From an uncultured Actinomycetota bacterium (lineage in GTDB: Bacteria > Actinomycetota > Actinomycetes > S36-B12 > UBA5976): a stretch of 64,000 nucleotides of DNA. The notes beneath the pieces are model-generated. The model saw only the letters and a list, made by a program, of their open reading frames with translations. It made no database searches and was not told where the DNA came from. This document shows positions 44,947-54,897 of this stretch, one piece after another (the first letter of the stretch is position 1; each line of letters starts with the position of its first letter). The stretch covers positions 54,279 to 118,278 of the forward strand of contig CAWATP010000009.1 in NCBI GenBank assembly GCA_963784905.1, given 5' to 3'. The translations under genes were made by a program, and so were the position numbers.

Positions 44947-46107
44947 CTAGTCGCTGATGATCCAGGTCGACCCTGAGGGCGTGTCCTTGATGGTCACTTG
45001 CAGTGCATTGAGGCGATCGCGAATCTCATCGGCTTCGGCCCAAAAGCCGTTGGCTCGCGCGGACGATCGGGCGGCAAGCAGGGCGTCTACGTACGGACCG
45101 ACAATCGCGGCCACGTCAATGTTGGGATTGGCAGCAAGTTGTCCGAGTCGGACGACCAGTGCGTGAACTGCAGCGCGCGTCTCATGATCTCGTTCCACTC
45201 CGTCGAGCGCCAGCAGCGCATCGACGGCGTCGGTGACCCGTCCTTGGTCAAGCAGGGAATGGACAGCGTCGTCGTTCCATACCACCGCGTGGGTGGTCTC
45301 GACGCTACTGAGGCGCGTGCCAGCCTGTGCTGCAATGTCATCGATCGTGACCGTGCTACCGGTGTCAACTTTCCACAAACGACCTCCCATGCGGACGGTC
45401 ATTCCACCGCGCCCGAACACGTGAACCTCGCGTGAGACCAGATCGAATCGGACGCCCGTGTGTTCGTCGATACCCAGCACAAAGCAGTCTTGGGGGAGGA
45501 GCCGCTCAAGCACCCCGAGACGACGCTCACCTGCGTAACAAAAGCGCGTGTCATGAGAGCCACCCTCGGCATTGTCGAAGTGCGGGATGACGGCGGCACG
45601 AAGACCGGTCGCGCGACCAAGCAGGTCAAGGCCATCCACCCAGTGTGGATGCTCGCCGACCTTGTACATCTCATACACAGGCATGGTGAAGGCGCCTGCG
45701 GTCAAGGCCGCTGCCGAGGCAAGCACGACGCTGCCGTGCTGCAAGACGGAGTCCAGAACAGGAGCGATGCCGGTTTCGCGCCAAACTCGGAGGGCGTAGG
45801 TCGGACTACCCGGCCCGGAGAAGACCCATTCGGCCTGTCGCAGTGCGGCCAGCGCAGTTGCGATGGTAGTTGCTGATGCATCCACGCTGCGCAGGGTCAC
45901 GACTGCAATGTCGCGGCCAACCGAGTCTGCGAAGTACTTGCGTATGCGCTCGGTGAGCTCGTCGGCATTCTCCTGGAAGCCGTACGGGGTATCCAATTGG
46001 ACTGCATTTCCGCGGCCGGATAGCACCGTCGAAAGCAGTTGCTGATGTGCCGTCACCATGGTGGGACTGGTCTCGCCCGAGCCGAGCAGTACGAGGCTGC
46101 GCATCAT
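44947..46107 (-). CDS. Peptidase S51/cyanophycinase-like domain fused to a CysRS C-terminal-like helical domain
   Basis: GSGETSPTM, GPGSPTY, ASAAA, IPHFDN and GIDEHT; C-terminal AR..W.EADEIRDRL...IKDTPSGSTW. Confidence 0.7.
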   Translation of the reverse strand: MMRSLVLLGSGETSPTMVTAHQQLLSTVLSGRGNAVQLDTPYGFQENADELTERIRKYFADSVGRDIAVVTLRSVDASATTIATALAALRQAEWVFSGPGSPTYALRVWRETGIAPVLDSVLQHGSVVLASAAALTAGAFTMPVYEMYKVGEHPHWVDGLDLLGRATGLRAAVIPHFDNAEGGSHDTRFCYAGERRLGVLERLLPQDCFVLGIDEHTGVRFDLVSREVHVFGRGGMTVRMGGRLWKVDTGSTVTIDDIAAQAGTRLSSVETTHAVVWNDDAVHSLLDQGRVTDAVDALLALDGVERDHETRAAVHALVVRLGQLAANPNIDVAAIVGPYVDALLAARSSARANGFWAEADEIRDRLNALQVTIKDTPSGSTWIISD

Positions 46108-47057
46108 GTTCCGATCATGTCAGGGGCTGGTCCTCCCGTCACGGGGCGAGTCGCCTCTCGCCCACGGCTGGTGCGTTCGGCAAGGCGGAGTCGAGAGATC
46201 CGCGAGAGGGCCGCGTCTTCCAACGGAGATGTCGAACCCAGCGCAAACCGCATCGCCGTGAGAGCAAGCCGAGTAGCTGGTCGGATGAGCCAGCGCGGCG
46301 GCCGCCGCAGACCCATCTCGACGCGAATTTCGTCGGGAAGCGTGTCAACAGCAGCCCAAAAGAGCAATCGGAAGGCCGGTTTTGCGCCTCGTGGCAGCGG
46401 CGCCCGCTGGACGAAACGCACGACACGTCGGGTTCGCTCGTCAATGCGCAAGGCCGGCGCAAACTGCTTGATGGTGTCGCGCAATCCCGCGTCAGATTCA
46501 GGTGTATTGCGCAGACCGAGCGGGGCAACGGCGGCACCCCATTGCCGGACGTAGGCATCGGCGGACACCGTTTGCCTTCCGTATAGCTGATGCACGGTGA
46601 GGAAAGAATCGGTGAATGCGATATGCACCCACTGCAGGAGATCGGCGTCGGACGCGTGGTAATCGCGACTCACGCCATCAGCAGCCGTGAACGTTCCCCG
46701 CACACGCTCATGCAGTGTGCGGACTCTGGCCGCTTCCTGCTCCAGCGTCGCTCGCGAGCCGAATGTGGAAATGGTGAGCCAACGAATGGTGCCGTTGAGC
46801 CGACCCACCACGTCCTCTTCGTATCGAGAGTGCTGCACGACGCCAGCAAGGCTGCCGGGGTGCAACGTCTGCATGAGCAACGCCCGGATGCCGCCCACCG
46901 TTGTTGCAATATCGGCATGCACGATCCACGGGGCATCGGAAGGGCTGAACAGACCGAAGTCCTGGCCCTGTGCAACGTCTGCAGTCCACGGAGGTATGCC
47001 GTCGGGCGAACCGCTCAACAACGCTCGGAACCGGAGGGCGAACGCCTTAGCAATCAT
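46104..47057 (-). CDS. Oxygenase MpaB (DUF2236) family protein
   Basis: W.VHAD, GGIRALLMQTLHP and Y.A.D..LL.WVH motifs. Confidence 0.85.
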   Translation of the reverse strand: MIAKAFALRFRALLSGSPDGIPPWTADVAQGQDFGLFSPSDAPWIVHADIATTVGGIRALLMQTLHPGSLAGVVQHSRYEEDVVGRLNGTIRWLTISTFGSRATLEQEAARVRTLHERVRGTFTAADGVSRDYHASDADLLQWVHIAFTDSFLTVHQLYGRQTVSADAYVRQWGAAVAPLGLRNTPESDAGLRDTIKQFAPALRIDERTRRVVRFVQRAPLPRGAKPAFRLLFWAAVDTLPDEIRVEMGLRRPPRWLIRPATRLALTAMRFALGSTSPLEDAALSRISRLRLAERTSRGREATRPVTGGPAPDMIGT

Positions 47058-47809
47058 GCTGAGCGCCCTCGAGAGCGGGGCGCCATCAGGCGCATCCACC
47101 AGCGCTGCGGGATGAGGCGGGCCATCTTCATGACTGCAGCCATGGCTGGCGGGAAGACGATTTCGGGCTTGCCGCGCTCGATGCCGTCGACGATGTAGCG
47201 AGCAGCACGATCGGCATCGATGATGAAGGGCATGGGGAATGTGTTCGTTGACGTCATCGGTGTGCGCACGAAACCTGGGGCAACGCTCTGTACGAGGACG
47301 CCACTTCCGTGTAATCCGCAGCGTAACGACTCCAACAGATTGAGCTGCGCCGCTTTGCTTGCGCCGTAACCCGGTGCCCCCGGCATGCCGCGGTATCCAG
47401 CCACCGAGGAGATGCCGACGATCGTTCCTGCGCCCTGCGCGTGCATGGGCGGAAGCACGGCAGCGATGACCTTGCCCATACCCAGCACGTTGATGTCAAT
47501 GTGTCGTGCGAAGACCTCGTAATCAAAGGACGGAGGAGGCATCTGCTGCCAATACCCCGCGGCAACTATGACGATGTCGAGGGCTCCAAACTGAAGTTGG
47601 AGTTCGGTGGCCGCTGCATTCACTGCCACGTCATCTGTCATATCGAGCGGCAGAACGTGCATACGCTCACCGGCGATTTCACGTAGCGCAGCCTCGTCGC
47701 GCGCGGAGATGGAGACTGCGCACCCACGTGCAAACAGTTCTCGTGCAACCGCCGCCCCTATGCCGGATGACGCTCCAATAACCCAAGCCTTGCGTCCGTT
47801 GAGATTCAT
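47054..47809 (-). CDS. SDR family oxidoreductase
   Basis: GASSGIG, YGASK and PGFVRTPMT..N.FPMPF. Confidence 0.88.
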   Translation of the reverse strand: MNLNGRKAWVIGASSGIGAAVARELFARGCAVSISARDEAALREIAGERMHVLPLDMTDDVAVNAAATELQLQFGALDIVIVAAGYWQQMPPPSFDYEVFARHIDINVLGMGKVIAAVLPPMHAQGAGTIVGISSVAGYRGMPGAPGYGASKAAQLNLLESLRCGLHGSGVLVQSVAPGFVRTPMTSTNTFPMPFIIDADRAARYIVDGIERGKPEIVFPPAMAAVMKMARLIPQRWWMRLMAPRSRGRSA

Positions 47810-49044
47810 CACGCGCCGCGTTCCATCGCATACTGGCGAACATTGAGATGGCCGGAGCGGAATCCGGCTTCCGAGTAGGCAAGGTAGAACTCCCACATTC
47901 GCTGGAAGGTTTCGTCAAAGCCCAGCGCTTGGACTTGTGCTCGGTGCTCCATGAAGCGGTGGCGCCACAGTCGCAGCGTCTCCGCGTAGTCGAGGCCAAA
48001 GGCACGTTCTTCGACGATGCGCATATGCCCGTCTACCGCCGAATGGTTCGCGATGGCTTCGGGAGAGGGGATGACGCCACCCGGGAAGATGTACTTGTGA
48101 ATCCATGTGTAGGCGTGCTGTGACGCACGCAGTCGGTCGTCGGGCATGGTGATCGCCTGAATAGCAAAGCGACCTTCGGGTGCGAGCAATTTGCCAACTG
48201 TCGCAAAATACGTGGGCCAGTACTTCACACCAACCGCTTCGATCATTTCCACGCTGACGATGGCGTCGTATTCGCCCTCAACGTCGCGGTAATCGCATAG
48301 CGCAATACGCACACGATCCTGCAAACCCGCGGCGGCGACCTTTGCGTCAGCCAGTGCCTTCTGTTCCTGGGAAAGGGTGACAGAAAGCACCGTGGCTCCC
48401 CGCGATGCGGCACGGATGGCAAGCTCTCCCCAGCCGGTGCCAATTTCCAGAACGCGACTGCCGGAGCGAACTCCGGCAAAGTCGAGTACACCGTCGATCT
48501 TGCGTCGTTGCGCATCGGCCAAACCGGCAAAGTCCGTCGGGTGTTCGAACCACGCCGATGAGTAGGTCATGGTTTCATCAAGGAAGGTCGAGAAGAGGGC
48601 ATTGGAAAGGTCGTAATGCCGGGCGATGTTCTCCCTTGCGCCGTGGTGGTGGTTCTCCTCGTGTTCCGGATGCAGCGGCTCGAGAAACCTGCGGAACCTA
48701 CGCATCCAAGCGGGCACCAAATCGGTCAGGCGAGCGGCAAAAGGCGTGAGCACGTCGGCAAGATCGCTGCCGGCTGCTGCCCGCCAGTCACCGGCCATAT
48801 ATGCCTCGCCGAGACCGATCTTCAGCTCTGAGCCAAGCCGGTGGAAGAAACGATCACTGACGATCTCCATGCGGACGCCGGAGGCAGAATGGCCCCGCGT
48901 GGTCCCGTCCGGAAGCTGCACAATGACTTCGACGTTGCGCGCCATTCGTTCGAGTAACGCACGCGCAACGAATGCTCGAAGCGGTGAGTTAGGGCTACGT
49001 TCGATGTCGCGCCAGTCGCTGGAGTTCTCGAGATCAGTGCTCAT
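47809..49044 (-). CDS. Cyclopropane-fatty-acyl-phospholipid synthase family methyltransferase
   Basis: HYDLSN, MTYSSA, LEIGTGWG and YIFPGG motifs. Confidence 0.92.
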   Translation of the reverse strand: MSTDLENSSDWRDIERSPNSPLRAFVARALLERMARNVEVIVQLPDGTTRGHSASGVRMEIVSDRFFHRLGSELKIGLGEAYMAGDWRAAAGSDLADVLTPFAARLTDLVPAWMRRFRRFLEPLHPEHEENHHHGARENIARHYDLSNALFSTFLDETMTYSSAWFEHPTDFAGLADAQRRKIDGVLDFAGVRSGSRVLEIGTGWGELAIRAASRGATVLSVTLSQEQKALADAKVAAAGLQDRVRIALCDYRDVEGEYDAIVSVEMIEAVGVKYWPTYFATVGKLLAPEGRFAIQAITMPDDRLRASQHAYTWIHKYIFPGGVIPSPEAIANHSAVDGHMRIVEERAFGLDYAETLRLWRHRFMEHRAQVQALGFDETFQRMWEFYLAYSEAGFRSGHLNVRQYAMERGA

Positions 49045-49772
49045 CGCATACCTACCTGAATACTGGGAGTGGGGCGGGGCACAACGGGAAGTCGGCGTAG
49101 CCAGAGCCAGATGCCGTGCAACTTGATGCGAAGAGTGGTCTGCTGCGCAACAAACGGGGTACGTATCGAGGCAAGGAGTAGTTGCAGTCCTGTGGCCGGC
49201 TGCACCCTGCCGGCGAAGGAAGCTGAGAACACCGTGGCGTCGTCTTGCTGCAGTTGCAGTCCAACGCTCACGACGGCCTCGTCCATGTGCAAGCGGACGC
49301 GATACTGACCAGCTACGGTGAAGAACGGCGAAACGTAGAACTCCTTGGGAATCTCAAAACCCCCGCGATCGTCCGGAACAACGACATGGCCATACCGCGA
49401 TCCGTAGGTGTTGTGGATTTCCAAAATGACCCAGCGGACGTGCCCGTCACTTGCGATGCACCAGAACACGCTCAACGGGTTGAAGGCGTACCCAAAAGAA
49501 CGCGCCGAGGCCAGCATGAGCACGCGGTCGTCGGGCAGGGTCTGCGCATCTCGGGATGCAGCGAAGGCGATCGCCGCGTCACCAATGGAATCTAGTGAGC
49601 CGCCGAAATGGTCGGCAATGGGGAAGGACGCCAAGAGGTGATCAGGCAGCGGCTCATCCAGATCCAGCAGCCACATATGTGTGCCGAATGAAAGTCTGTG
49701 CCGGATGGGCTGGAGCCGAGTGTGGCGCACTCGACCACGCACAAGGCTTGGCGTCGCAGGAAGGGTTACCAC
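49041..49772 (-). CDS. DUF1365 family protein
   Basis: V.H.R..P..H, FNPLSVFWC, EIHNTYG and KEFYVSPF motifs. Confidence 0.9.
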   Translation of the reverse strand: MVTLPATPSLVRGRVRHTRLQPIRHRLSFGTHMWLLDLDEPLPDHLLASFPIADHFGGSLDSIGDAAIAFAASRDAQTLPDDRVLMLASARSFGYAFNPLSVFWCIASDGHVRWVILEIHNTYGSRYGHVVVPDDRGGFEIPKEFYVSPFFTVAGQYRVRLHMDEAVVSVGLQLQQDDATVFSASFAGRVQPATGLQLLLASIRTPFVAQQTTLRIKLHGIWLWLRRLPVVPRPTPSIQVGMR

Positions 49773-51043
49773 TGTGCGCCGAATTTCCGAGCCGCTGCAA
49801 TGCCGGAACGTGCTCCGTCTTCGTGGAAGCCCCAACCGAGGTGCGCGCCTGCGAAGGCCAGTCGCGGGCCGCCAGAGGTGCGCAGACGCCCTGCTGCAGC
49901 GACAGCTCCGCGCGTGAACACCGGGTGTGCGTACTCCATGCGCGCGAGCACGGTGGACTCATCAACACGACCCGCTGGATTGAGCGTCACCATGTACTGA
50001 TCGGGGCTGTGAAGCCGCTGCAAGTGATTCATCCAGTAGGTGACGAGCACCGCTGATGAGCCGCCATCGCATGAGTCCATCGCATAGTTCCAAGATGCAC
50101 GAGCGCCGGGTTCCACTGGGAGGACCGAGTCGTCGCGGTGCAGCCACGTGGTGTTGCGCGAGTACGGGATGGATCCCAGATCAGCGCGCTCGTCAGGCGT
50201 TGCATCGGTCAGCAGTTGGAACGCGTGATCGGCGTGTGTCGCGATGATCGCACTGTCGAACCGTGTCGTTTCGCCGGTCTCCAAAGTGACATCCACGCCA
50301 TCGCTATGGCGTTGAACTCCGCGAACGCCAACTCCCGTGCGGGCATCTGGAAGTTGCCGCACGATGGCGTCGACGTATGTTGCAGACCCTCCGATCACCG
50401 TTCGCCAAGTGGGGGAGTTCCCGATGCTCAGCAGACCATGGTGGTCAAGGAAGGCAAAGAGATGTCGTGCGGGATAGCGCAATGTGTCTTCATCTCCCGA
50501 TGACCAGACACAAGAAACGAGCGGAACCGCAAAGTGGCGAATGAAGTATGTGCTGTAGTGCCCGACCTGCAAGAACTCACCCCACGTGAGCTCTGCTCCC
50601 GAGTCCTGCGCGAGGATCGCGCGGGCCTCTCGATGAAAGCGCGGTACTTCGCTCAACAGGCGCAGGTACCGCGTATCCAAGGCTCTACGCGGCTGCGCGA
50701 AGAGCCCGGGCAGCCCGCGACCGCCGGCATAGGCGAGACCACACGAAGCGCAGCGAACGCTCATGCTCATTTCGGTCTCCTGCGTAGCAATGCCCAACTC
50801 TGAGAAGATACGGAGCAAGTTTGGATAGGTGCGTTCGTTGTGCACGATGAAGCCGGTGTCGACCCGCTGCACGCGCTCATCGGTTCCGGTGATCGTGTGG
50901 GTGTGGGCGTGGCCGCCGAATCGCGTGTCCTGCTCAAACAGCGTGATGTCATGCGTATGCCGCAGGGCGTATGCGGCGGAAAGGCCGGACACTCCGGACC
51001 CGATGATGGCAACGCTTGGCACAGCAAACTCCCTTGACGGCAT
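49766..51043 (-). CDS. FAD-dependent oxidoreductase (amine-oxidase-like fatty-acid desaturase)
   Basis: GSGVSG, GGHAHT, VDTGFIVHN..TYPN and GWGFHEDG motifs. Confidence 0.9.
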   Translation of the reverse strand: MPSREFAVPSVAIIGSGVSGLSAAYALRHTHDITLFEQDTRFGGHAHTHTITGTDERVQRVDTGFIVHNERTYPNLLRIFSELGIATQETEMSMSVRCASCGLAYAGGRGLPGLFAQPRRALDTRYLRLLSEVPRFHREARAILAQDSGAELTWGEFLQVGHYSTYFIRHFAVPLVSCVWSSGDEDTLRYPARHLFAFLDHHGLLSIGNSPTWRTVIGGSATYVDAIVRQLPDARTGVGVRGVQRHSDGVDVTLETGETTRFDSAIIATHADHAFQLLTDATPDERADLGSIPYSRNTTWLHRDDSVLPVEPGARASWNYAMDSCDGGSSAVLVTYWMNHLQRLHSPDQYMVTLNPAGRVDESTVLARMEYAHPVFTRGAVAAAGRLRTSGGPRLAFAGAHLGWGFHEDGARSGIAAARKFGAQW

Positions 51044-51059
51044 GAAAAACGTACTACTT

Positions 51060-51104
51060 TTGTCTATAGATTGTCTAGCCTTTGCATAAGACGTGTCCTA
51101 TGAT
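51060..51104. promoter_or_regulatory. Candidate CarH/LitR operator: tandem 11-bp direct repeats over divergent promoters
   Basis: TGTCTA 51061, TGTCTA 51072, TGCATA 51083 and TGTCCT 51094; -10 TATGAT at 51099. Confidence 0.7.
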
Positions 51105-51110
51105 GCTCTC

Positions 51111-52019
51111 GTGTTCACAATCAAGCGTGCAGCCGAACTGACTGGTGTGCCAGCCGCGACCCTGCGCGCTTGGGAGCGTCGTTACGGACTTGGTCAGCCG
51201 ATCCGCAGCGAATCGGGTTACCGCCTATACGACGAGCGTTCCTTGGCAGACATTCGTGCTATGCAACTGCTGTTGGATTCCGGGTGGGCGCCACGCCAAG
51301 CGGCGGCGCAAGTGATTGAGTTGTCTGGGCACATCGGAACGGTGCTGTCTCCCGAGGCCGCAGCGCCAGCGGCACAAACCGATCTCGAGCGCTCGCGGGC
51401 TATAGATGTCTTCATCGCAGCCGCCTCGGCCATGGACGAGTTTGCTATGCGCCGCGCTCTCGACTTGGGATTTGGCCGTGCGTCCTTCGAGTGCGCCTTT
51501 GACGATTGGCTTGCGCCTGCGTTGCGCGCACTTGGACAGGCATGGGTGGATGGGAAACTCGACGTAGCCGCGGAGCATTTTGCGAGTGCTGCCGTGATGC
51601 GTCGGCTGAGCGCAGCATATGAATCGGCCGCAATCGTGCAAGGCGCGCCACGCATCCTCGTGGGGCTTGGTCCTGGTGGCTTCCACGAACTTGGGGCAGT
51701 CGGGTTCGCCACGGCGGCTCGCAGGAATGGCTTGGCGGCGCTGTATCTCGGCCCCGATCTCCCCGAAACCGCGTGGCTGAATGCATTGCGTCAGGATCAT
51801 GCAGATGCAATCGTGCTGTCCGTGGTGACAGCCCAGGAGGCTGCAGTAGCGCGTGCGCTGATTGAGCGCGTGGCGGCAGAGCATCCCTCGTTACTCATTG
51901 CAATTGGCGGTCCGTTTGCGACGCCACTTGACGACGTAGCTGTCGTATTACGCAACGGAATCGCCGATTCTGTGCAGCAACTCTTGCAAGCGCTGCGCAC
52001 GCGCAGCGTAAGTAACTGA
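51111..52019 (+). CDS. MerR-family B12-binding photoreceptor (CarH/LitR-like)
   Basis: TLRAWERRYG HTH; W-x9-EH; HELG cobalamin ligand. Confidence 0.88.
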   Translation: MFTIKRAAELTGVPAATLRAWERRYGLGQPIRSESGYRLYDERSLADIRAMQLLLDSGWAPRQAAAQVIELSGHIGTVLSPEAAAPAAQTDLERSRAIDVFIAAASAMDEFAMRRALDLGFGRASFECAFDDWLAPALRALGQAWVDGKLDVAAEHFASAAVMRRLSAAYESAAIVQGAPRILVGLGPGGFHELGAVGFATAARRNGLAALYLGPDLPETAWLNALRQDHADAIVLSVVTAQEAAVARALIERVAAEHPSLLIAIGGPFATPLDDVAVVLRNGIADSVQQLLQALRTRSVSN

Positions 52020-52035
52020 GACGAGGAGCGTTCGA

Positions 52036-52461
52036 ATGCGCATCACTCGCACTGTCGCTTCGCGTCGATCTGCTTCGGAGGTCTTTGCCTACCTCAGTGA
52101 TTTCACGACGACCACCGAATGGGACCCCGGCACCGTGAAGACAACATTGCTGAGTGGGGACGGCGGCGTGGGCACGCGGTACTCAAACACTTCCACTTTC
52201 AATGGTCGCCAAACCCATTTGGTGTACGAAGTCATCGAGTTCGTGCCGGGTGAGCTCATTCGTCTGCGTGGGGAGAACAAGACGGTGACCGCGATAGACA
52301 CGATCACCGTACAGGCGATGTTTGACGGTACCCGGATCACTTACGAGGCGGACTTTACGTTCAAGGGTGTGGCTGCGATTGCTGCACCGTTTCTGCGAGG
52401 CGCATTCCGAAAACTGGGTGACGAGGCAGCCTCAGGCCTGCGCAAGGCGCTGGCGAACTGA
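52036..52461 (+). CDS. SRPBCC family protein
   Basis: VFAYLSDFTTTTEWDPG. Confidence 0.85.
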   Translation: MRITRTVASRRSASEVFAYLSDFTTTTEWDPGTVKTTLLSGDGGVGTRYSNTSTFNGRQTHLVYEVIEFVPGELIRLRGENKTVTAIDTITVQAMFDGTRITYEADFTFKGVAAIAAPFLRGAFRKLGDEAASGLRKALAN

Positions 52462-52466
52462 ATCCG

Positions 52467-52871
52467 TCACCTGCTGTGCCAGGTGTCGCTTTCCTTTTGT
52501 AACTGACCCGCTCGTGCATACAGATCATCAACCACACGGCCGGCGTAGTTCGACCCTCGGCCGAGCAGCCGGTCTAGGCCAATGTGCGCGAACCAGAGCA
52601 TGCTGATCGCCGCGAGCGGTGTTTGGAAACTGGGATCCGTTACGACGGCGGCAAACGTTGCGATGGAGGGAAGCGCATAGGTGTGGAAGCCGTCGTAGAC
52701 CCACTTTCCGTGCCGGTGATCGTGTACGCGCTGTGTGAGCAGGAAGTCTGGCGCGATCAAGGCAATAACCGCCCACCACCAGGGTTGATTGGTCTGGGCA
52801 AAGATGGCAAGACTCAACGGCAGCAGTGCGAGACCTTCGATGCGCAGGAATCGAGCGCTTCTGAAAAACAT
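52467..52871 (-). CDS. DUF4260 family membrane protein
   Basis: LRIEGL, APD, Y..FHTY and W.AHIGLDRLLG motifs. Confidence 0.82.
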   Translation of the reverse strand: MFFRSARFLRIEGLALLPLSLAIFAQTNQPWWWAVIALIAPDFLLTQRVHDHRHGKWVYDGFHTYALPSIATFAAVVTDPSFQTPLAAISMLWFAHIGLDRLLGRGSNYAGRVVDDLYARAGQLQKESDTWHSR

Positions 52872-53007
52872 GCCCAGGTTCCTTTCGTCGGTGAAACCAG
52901 CGTAATGGCCGGTGCACTTGGTCTGTTCGTATGTCCATCGAAGTCAATTTGCGACGTTCTCTTCGGGAATGTGCAGATTTGCTCGCTGCGATGGTTCACT
53001 ACGGCTC

Positions 53008-53661
53008 GTGACCACACAGCGACGAATGCCGCAACACCATTTTGCAACAGTTATGGCTGCATTCTGCGCCCTGCTCTTGATCTCCAATGTCGGCGCCGTG
53101 AAACTCATTGCACTCGGGCCGCTGATCTTCGACGGGGGAGCAATCCTGTTCCCACTCACCTACATTGCCGGCGACGTCCTGACAGAGATCTATGGATTCC
53201 GCCTTGCCCGACGTGCGATCTATACCGCTTTGCTGTTGCAGGGCCTAGCAGCATTGACCTTCTGGGTTGTAACGGCGCTGCCGGCAGCTCCTGGATGGGA
53301 CCTGCAGGACTCATATGCATCTGTGGTCGGGTTCGTTCCGCGCATCGTGCTGGCGAGCTTGTCTGCGTTTCTTATCGGCGAGACGCTGAATGCCTATGTA
53401 TTGGTGAAGATCAAAGAGCGAACGAAAGAGCGCCTGCTCTGGGTTCGGCTTATTGGCTCCACCGTCGTCGGGGAGTTTGCAGACACGTTGGTGTTCTGCA
53501 CGATCGCCTTCTTCGGCGTCATCACTGGATCGGAGTTTGCGAATTACGTGATCACCGGGTACCTGTACAAGACGTTGCTCGAGGTGATCCTGTTGCCTGT
53601 GACGTATCGGGTAGTGCGATTCCTCAAGCAAAACGAGGTTACGTACCAGCCGACTGATTGA
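53008..53661 (+). CDS. Queuosine precursor transporter (YhhQ/VUT family); start uncertain
   Basis: LISN...K, FPLTY...D.LTE.YG and R...ST..GE..DT; convergent with tgt. Confidence 0.88.
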   Translation: MTTQRRMPQHHFATVMAAFCALLLISNVGAVKLIALGPLIFDGGAILFPLTYIAGDVLTEIYGFRLARRAIYTALLLQGLAALTFWVVTALPAAPGWDLQDSYASVVGFVPRIVLASLSAFLIGETLNAYVLVKIKERTKERLLWVRLIGSTVVGEFADTLVFCTIAFFGVITGSEFANYVITGYLYKTLLEVILLPVTYRVVRFLKQNEVTYQPTD

Positions 53662-53670
53662 ACTTTACGC

Positions 53671-54897
53671 TTAACGGTTATGGCGATATCGACCTAGGAA
53701 ATCTGCCTTGAAGTCCCAATAGGTGCCGTCGAGCATGGTCCGCCGGATGTCGGCGACAAGATGCACGATGAAGTATTCATTGTGAATGGTGGCGAGGGTG
53801 GCCGAAAGCATTTCTTTGGCGCGAAAGAGATGATGCAGATAGGCACGGGTGTAGTTGCTGCAGGTGTAGCAACCGCATTCGGTTTCGATGGGTACAAATG
53901 ATCGACGGTGTGCCGCGGTCATGAGATTGAAACGGCCGTCCCGGCTATAGACAGCACTATTGCGAGCCACTCGAGACGCGCTGACGCAGTCGAAAGTGTC
54001 GGCGCCGTTTTCAATGGCCGTGAAGAAGTCTTCGGGTTCGCCTATCCCCAGCAGGTGCCGGGGTTTGTCCTCCGGCAGTTCTTCACATACCCAGCCGACG
54101 ATGGTGCCGAGACTTTCCTTCTCCAACGCTCCACCGATACCGAAACCGTCGAAGGGCAACGCCGCAAGGTCGCGGGCCGCGCGCCGCCGCAGATCTTCAT
54201 ACTGCGCACCTTGTACGACTCCAAAAAGTGCTTGGTAGGGCTTGGCCGAACGCTCCAGGGTCAGACGTTCGTGCTCGTTGATGCATCGCTTCGCCCATGC
54301 GTGCGTTCGTTCGAGAGAACGTTCTTGGTACGCCCGCGTATTCATCAAGGTGGTGCACTCGTCGAAGGCGAACATGATGTCCGCGCCGATGCTGTGCTGG
54401 ACTTGCATCGAAACCTCGGGGGTGAATCGATGCATGGCGCCATCGAGGTGAGACTTGAACGTCACGCCATCATCATCGACGTGAGCGAGCCGGTCCTTAC
54501 CCGCAGCCATGACATCGTCGTTTTCCATCCCCTTGACGTCCATCGCCAGGATCTTCTTGAAGCCGACGCCGAGTGAAAGCACCTGAAATCCACCGCTATC
54601 GGTGAAGGTAGGCCCAGACCAGTTCATGAACTTCCCCAGTCCACCCGCGGCATCGACGATGTCAGGACCCGGCTGGAGATAGAGGTGATACGCGTTCGAC
54701 AAGATGGCATTTGCGCCAAGCTCGCGCATCGATTCAGGAAGCACCGACTTCACCGTCGCCTTCGTCCCGACTGGGATGAAGGCGGGGGTTGCAATATCTC
54801 CGTGAGGGGTGTGGATGGTGCCGACTCTCCCGAGCGTCATTTCACCGGTCGATCGCCGAAGACGATCGTGAATGGTGAAAGGGATGCGCTGTCTCAC
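53671..54897 (-). CDS. tgt: tRNA-guanine transglycosylase
   Basis: TPAFIPVGT, TDSGGFQV, KPRHLLG and CGCYTC motifs; GTGA coupling. Confidence 0.95.
   Translation of the reverse strand: MRQRIPFTIHDRLRRSTGEMTLGRVGTIHTPHGDIATPAFIPVGTKATVKSVLPESMRELGANAILSNAYHLYLQPGPDIVDAAGGLGKFMNWSGPTFTDSGGFQVLSLGVGFKKILAMDVKGMENDDVMAAGKDRLAHVDDDGVTFKSHLDGAMHRFTPEVSMQVQHSIGADIMFAFDECTTLMNTRAYQERSLERTHAWAKRCINEHERLTLERSAKPYQALFGVVQGAQYEDLRRRAARDLAALPFDGFGIGGALEKESLGTIVGWVCEELPEDKPRHLLGIGEPEDFFTAIENGADTFDCVSASRVARNSAVYSRDGRFNLMTAAHRRSFVPIETECGCYTCSNYTRAYLHHLFRAKEMLSATLATIHNEYFIVHLVADIRRTMLDGTYWDFKADFLGRYRHNR

Noticed and set aside
52872-53007. preQ1 riboswitch upstream of the queuosine precursor transporter
   Set aside because: No recognisable preQ1 stem-loop with an A-rich tail
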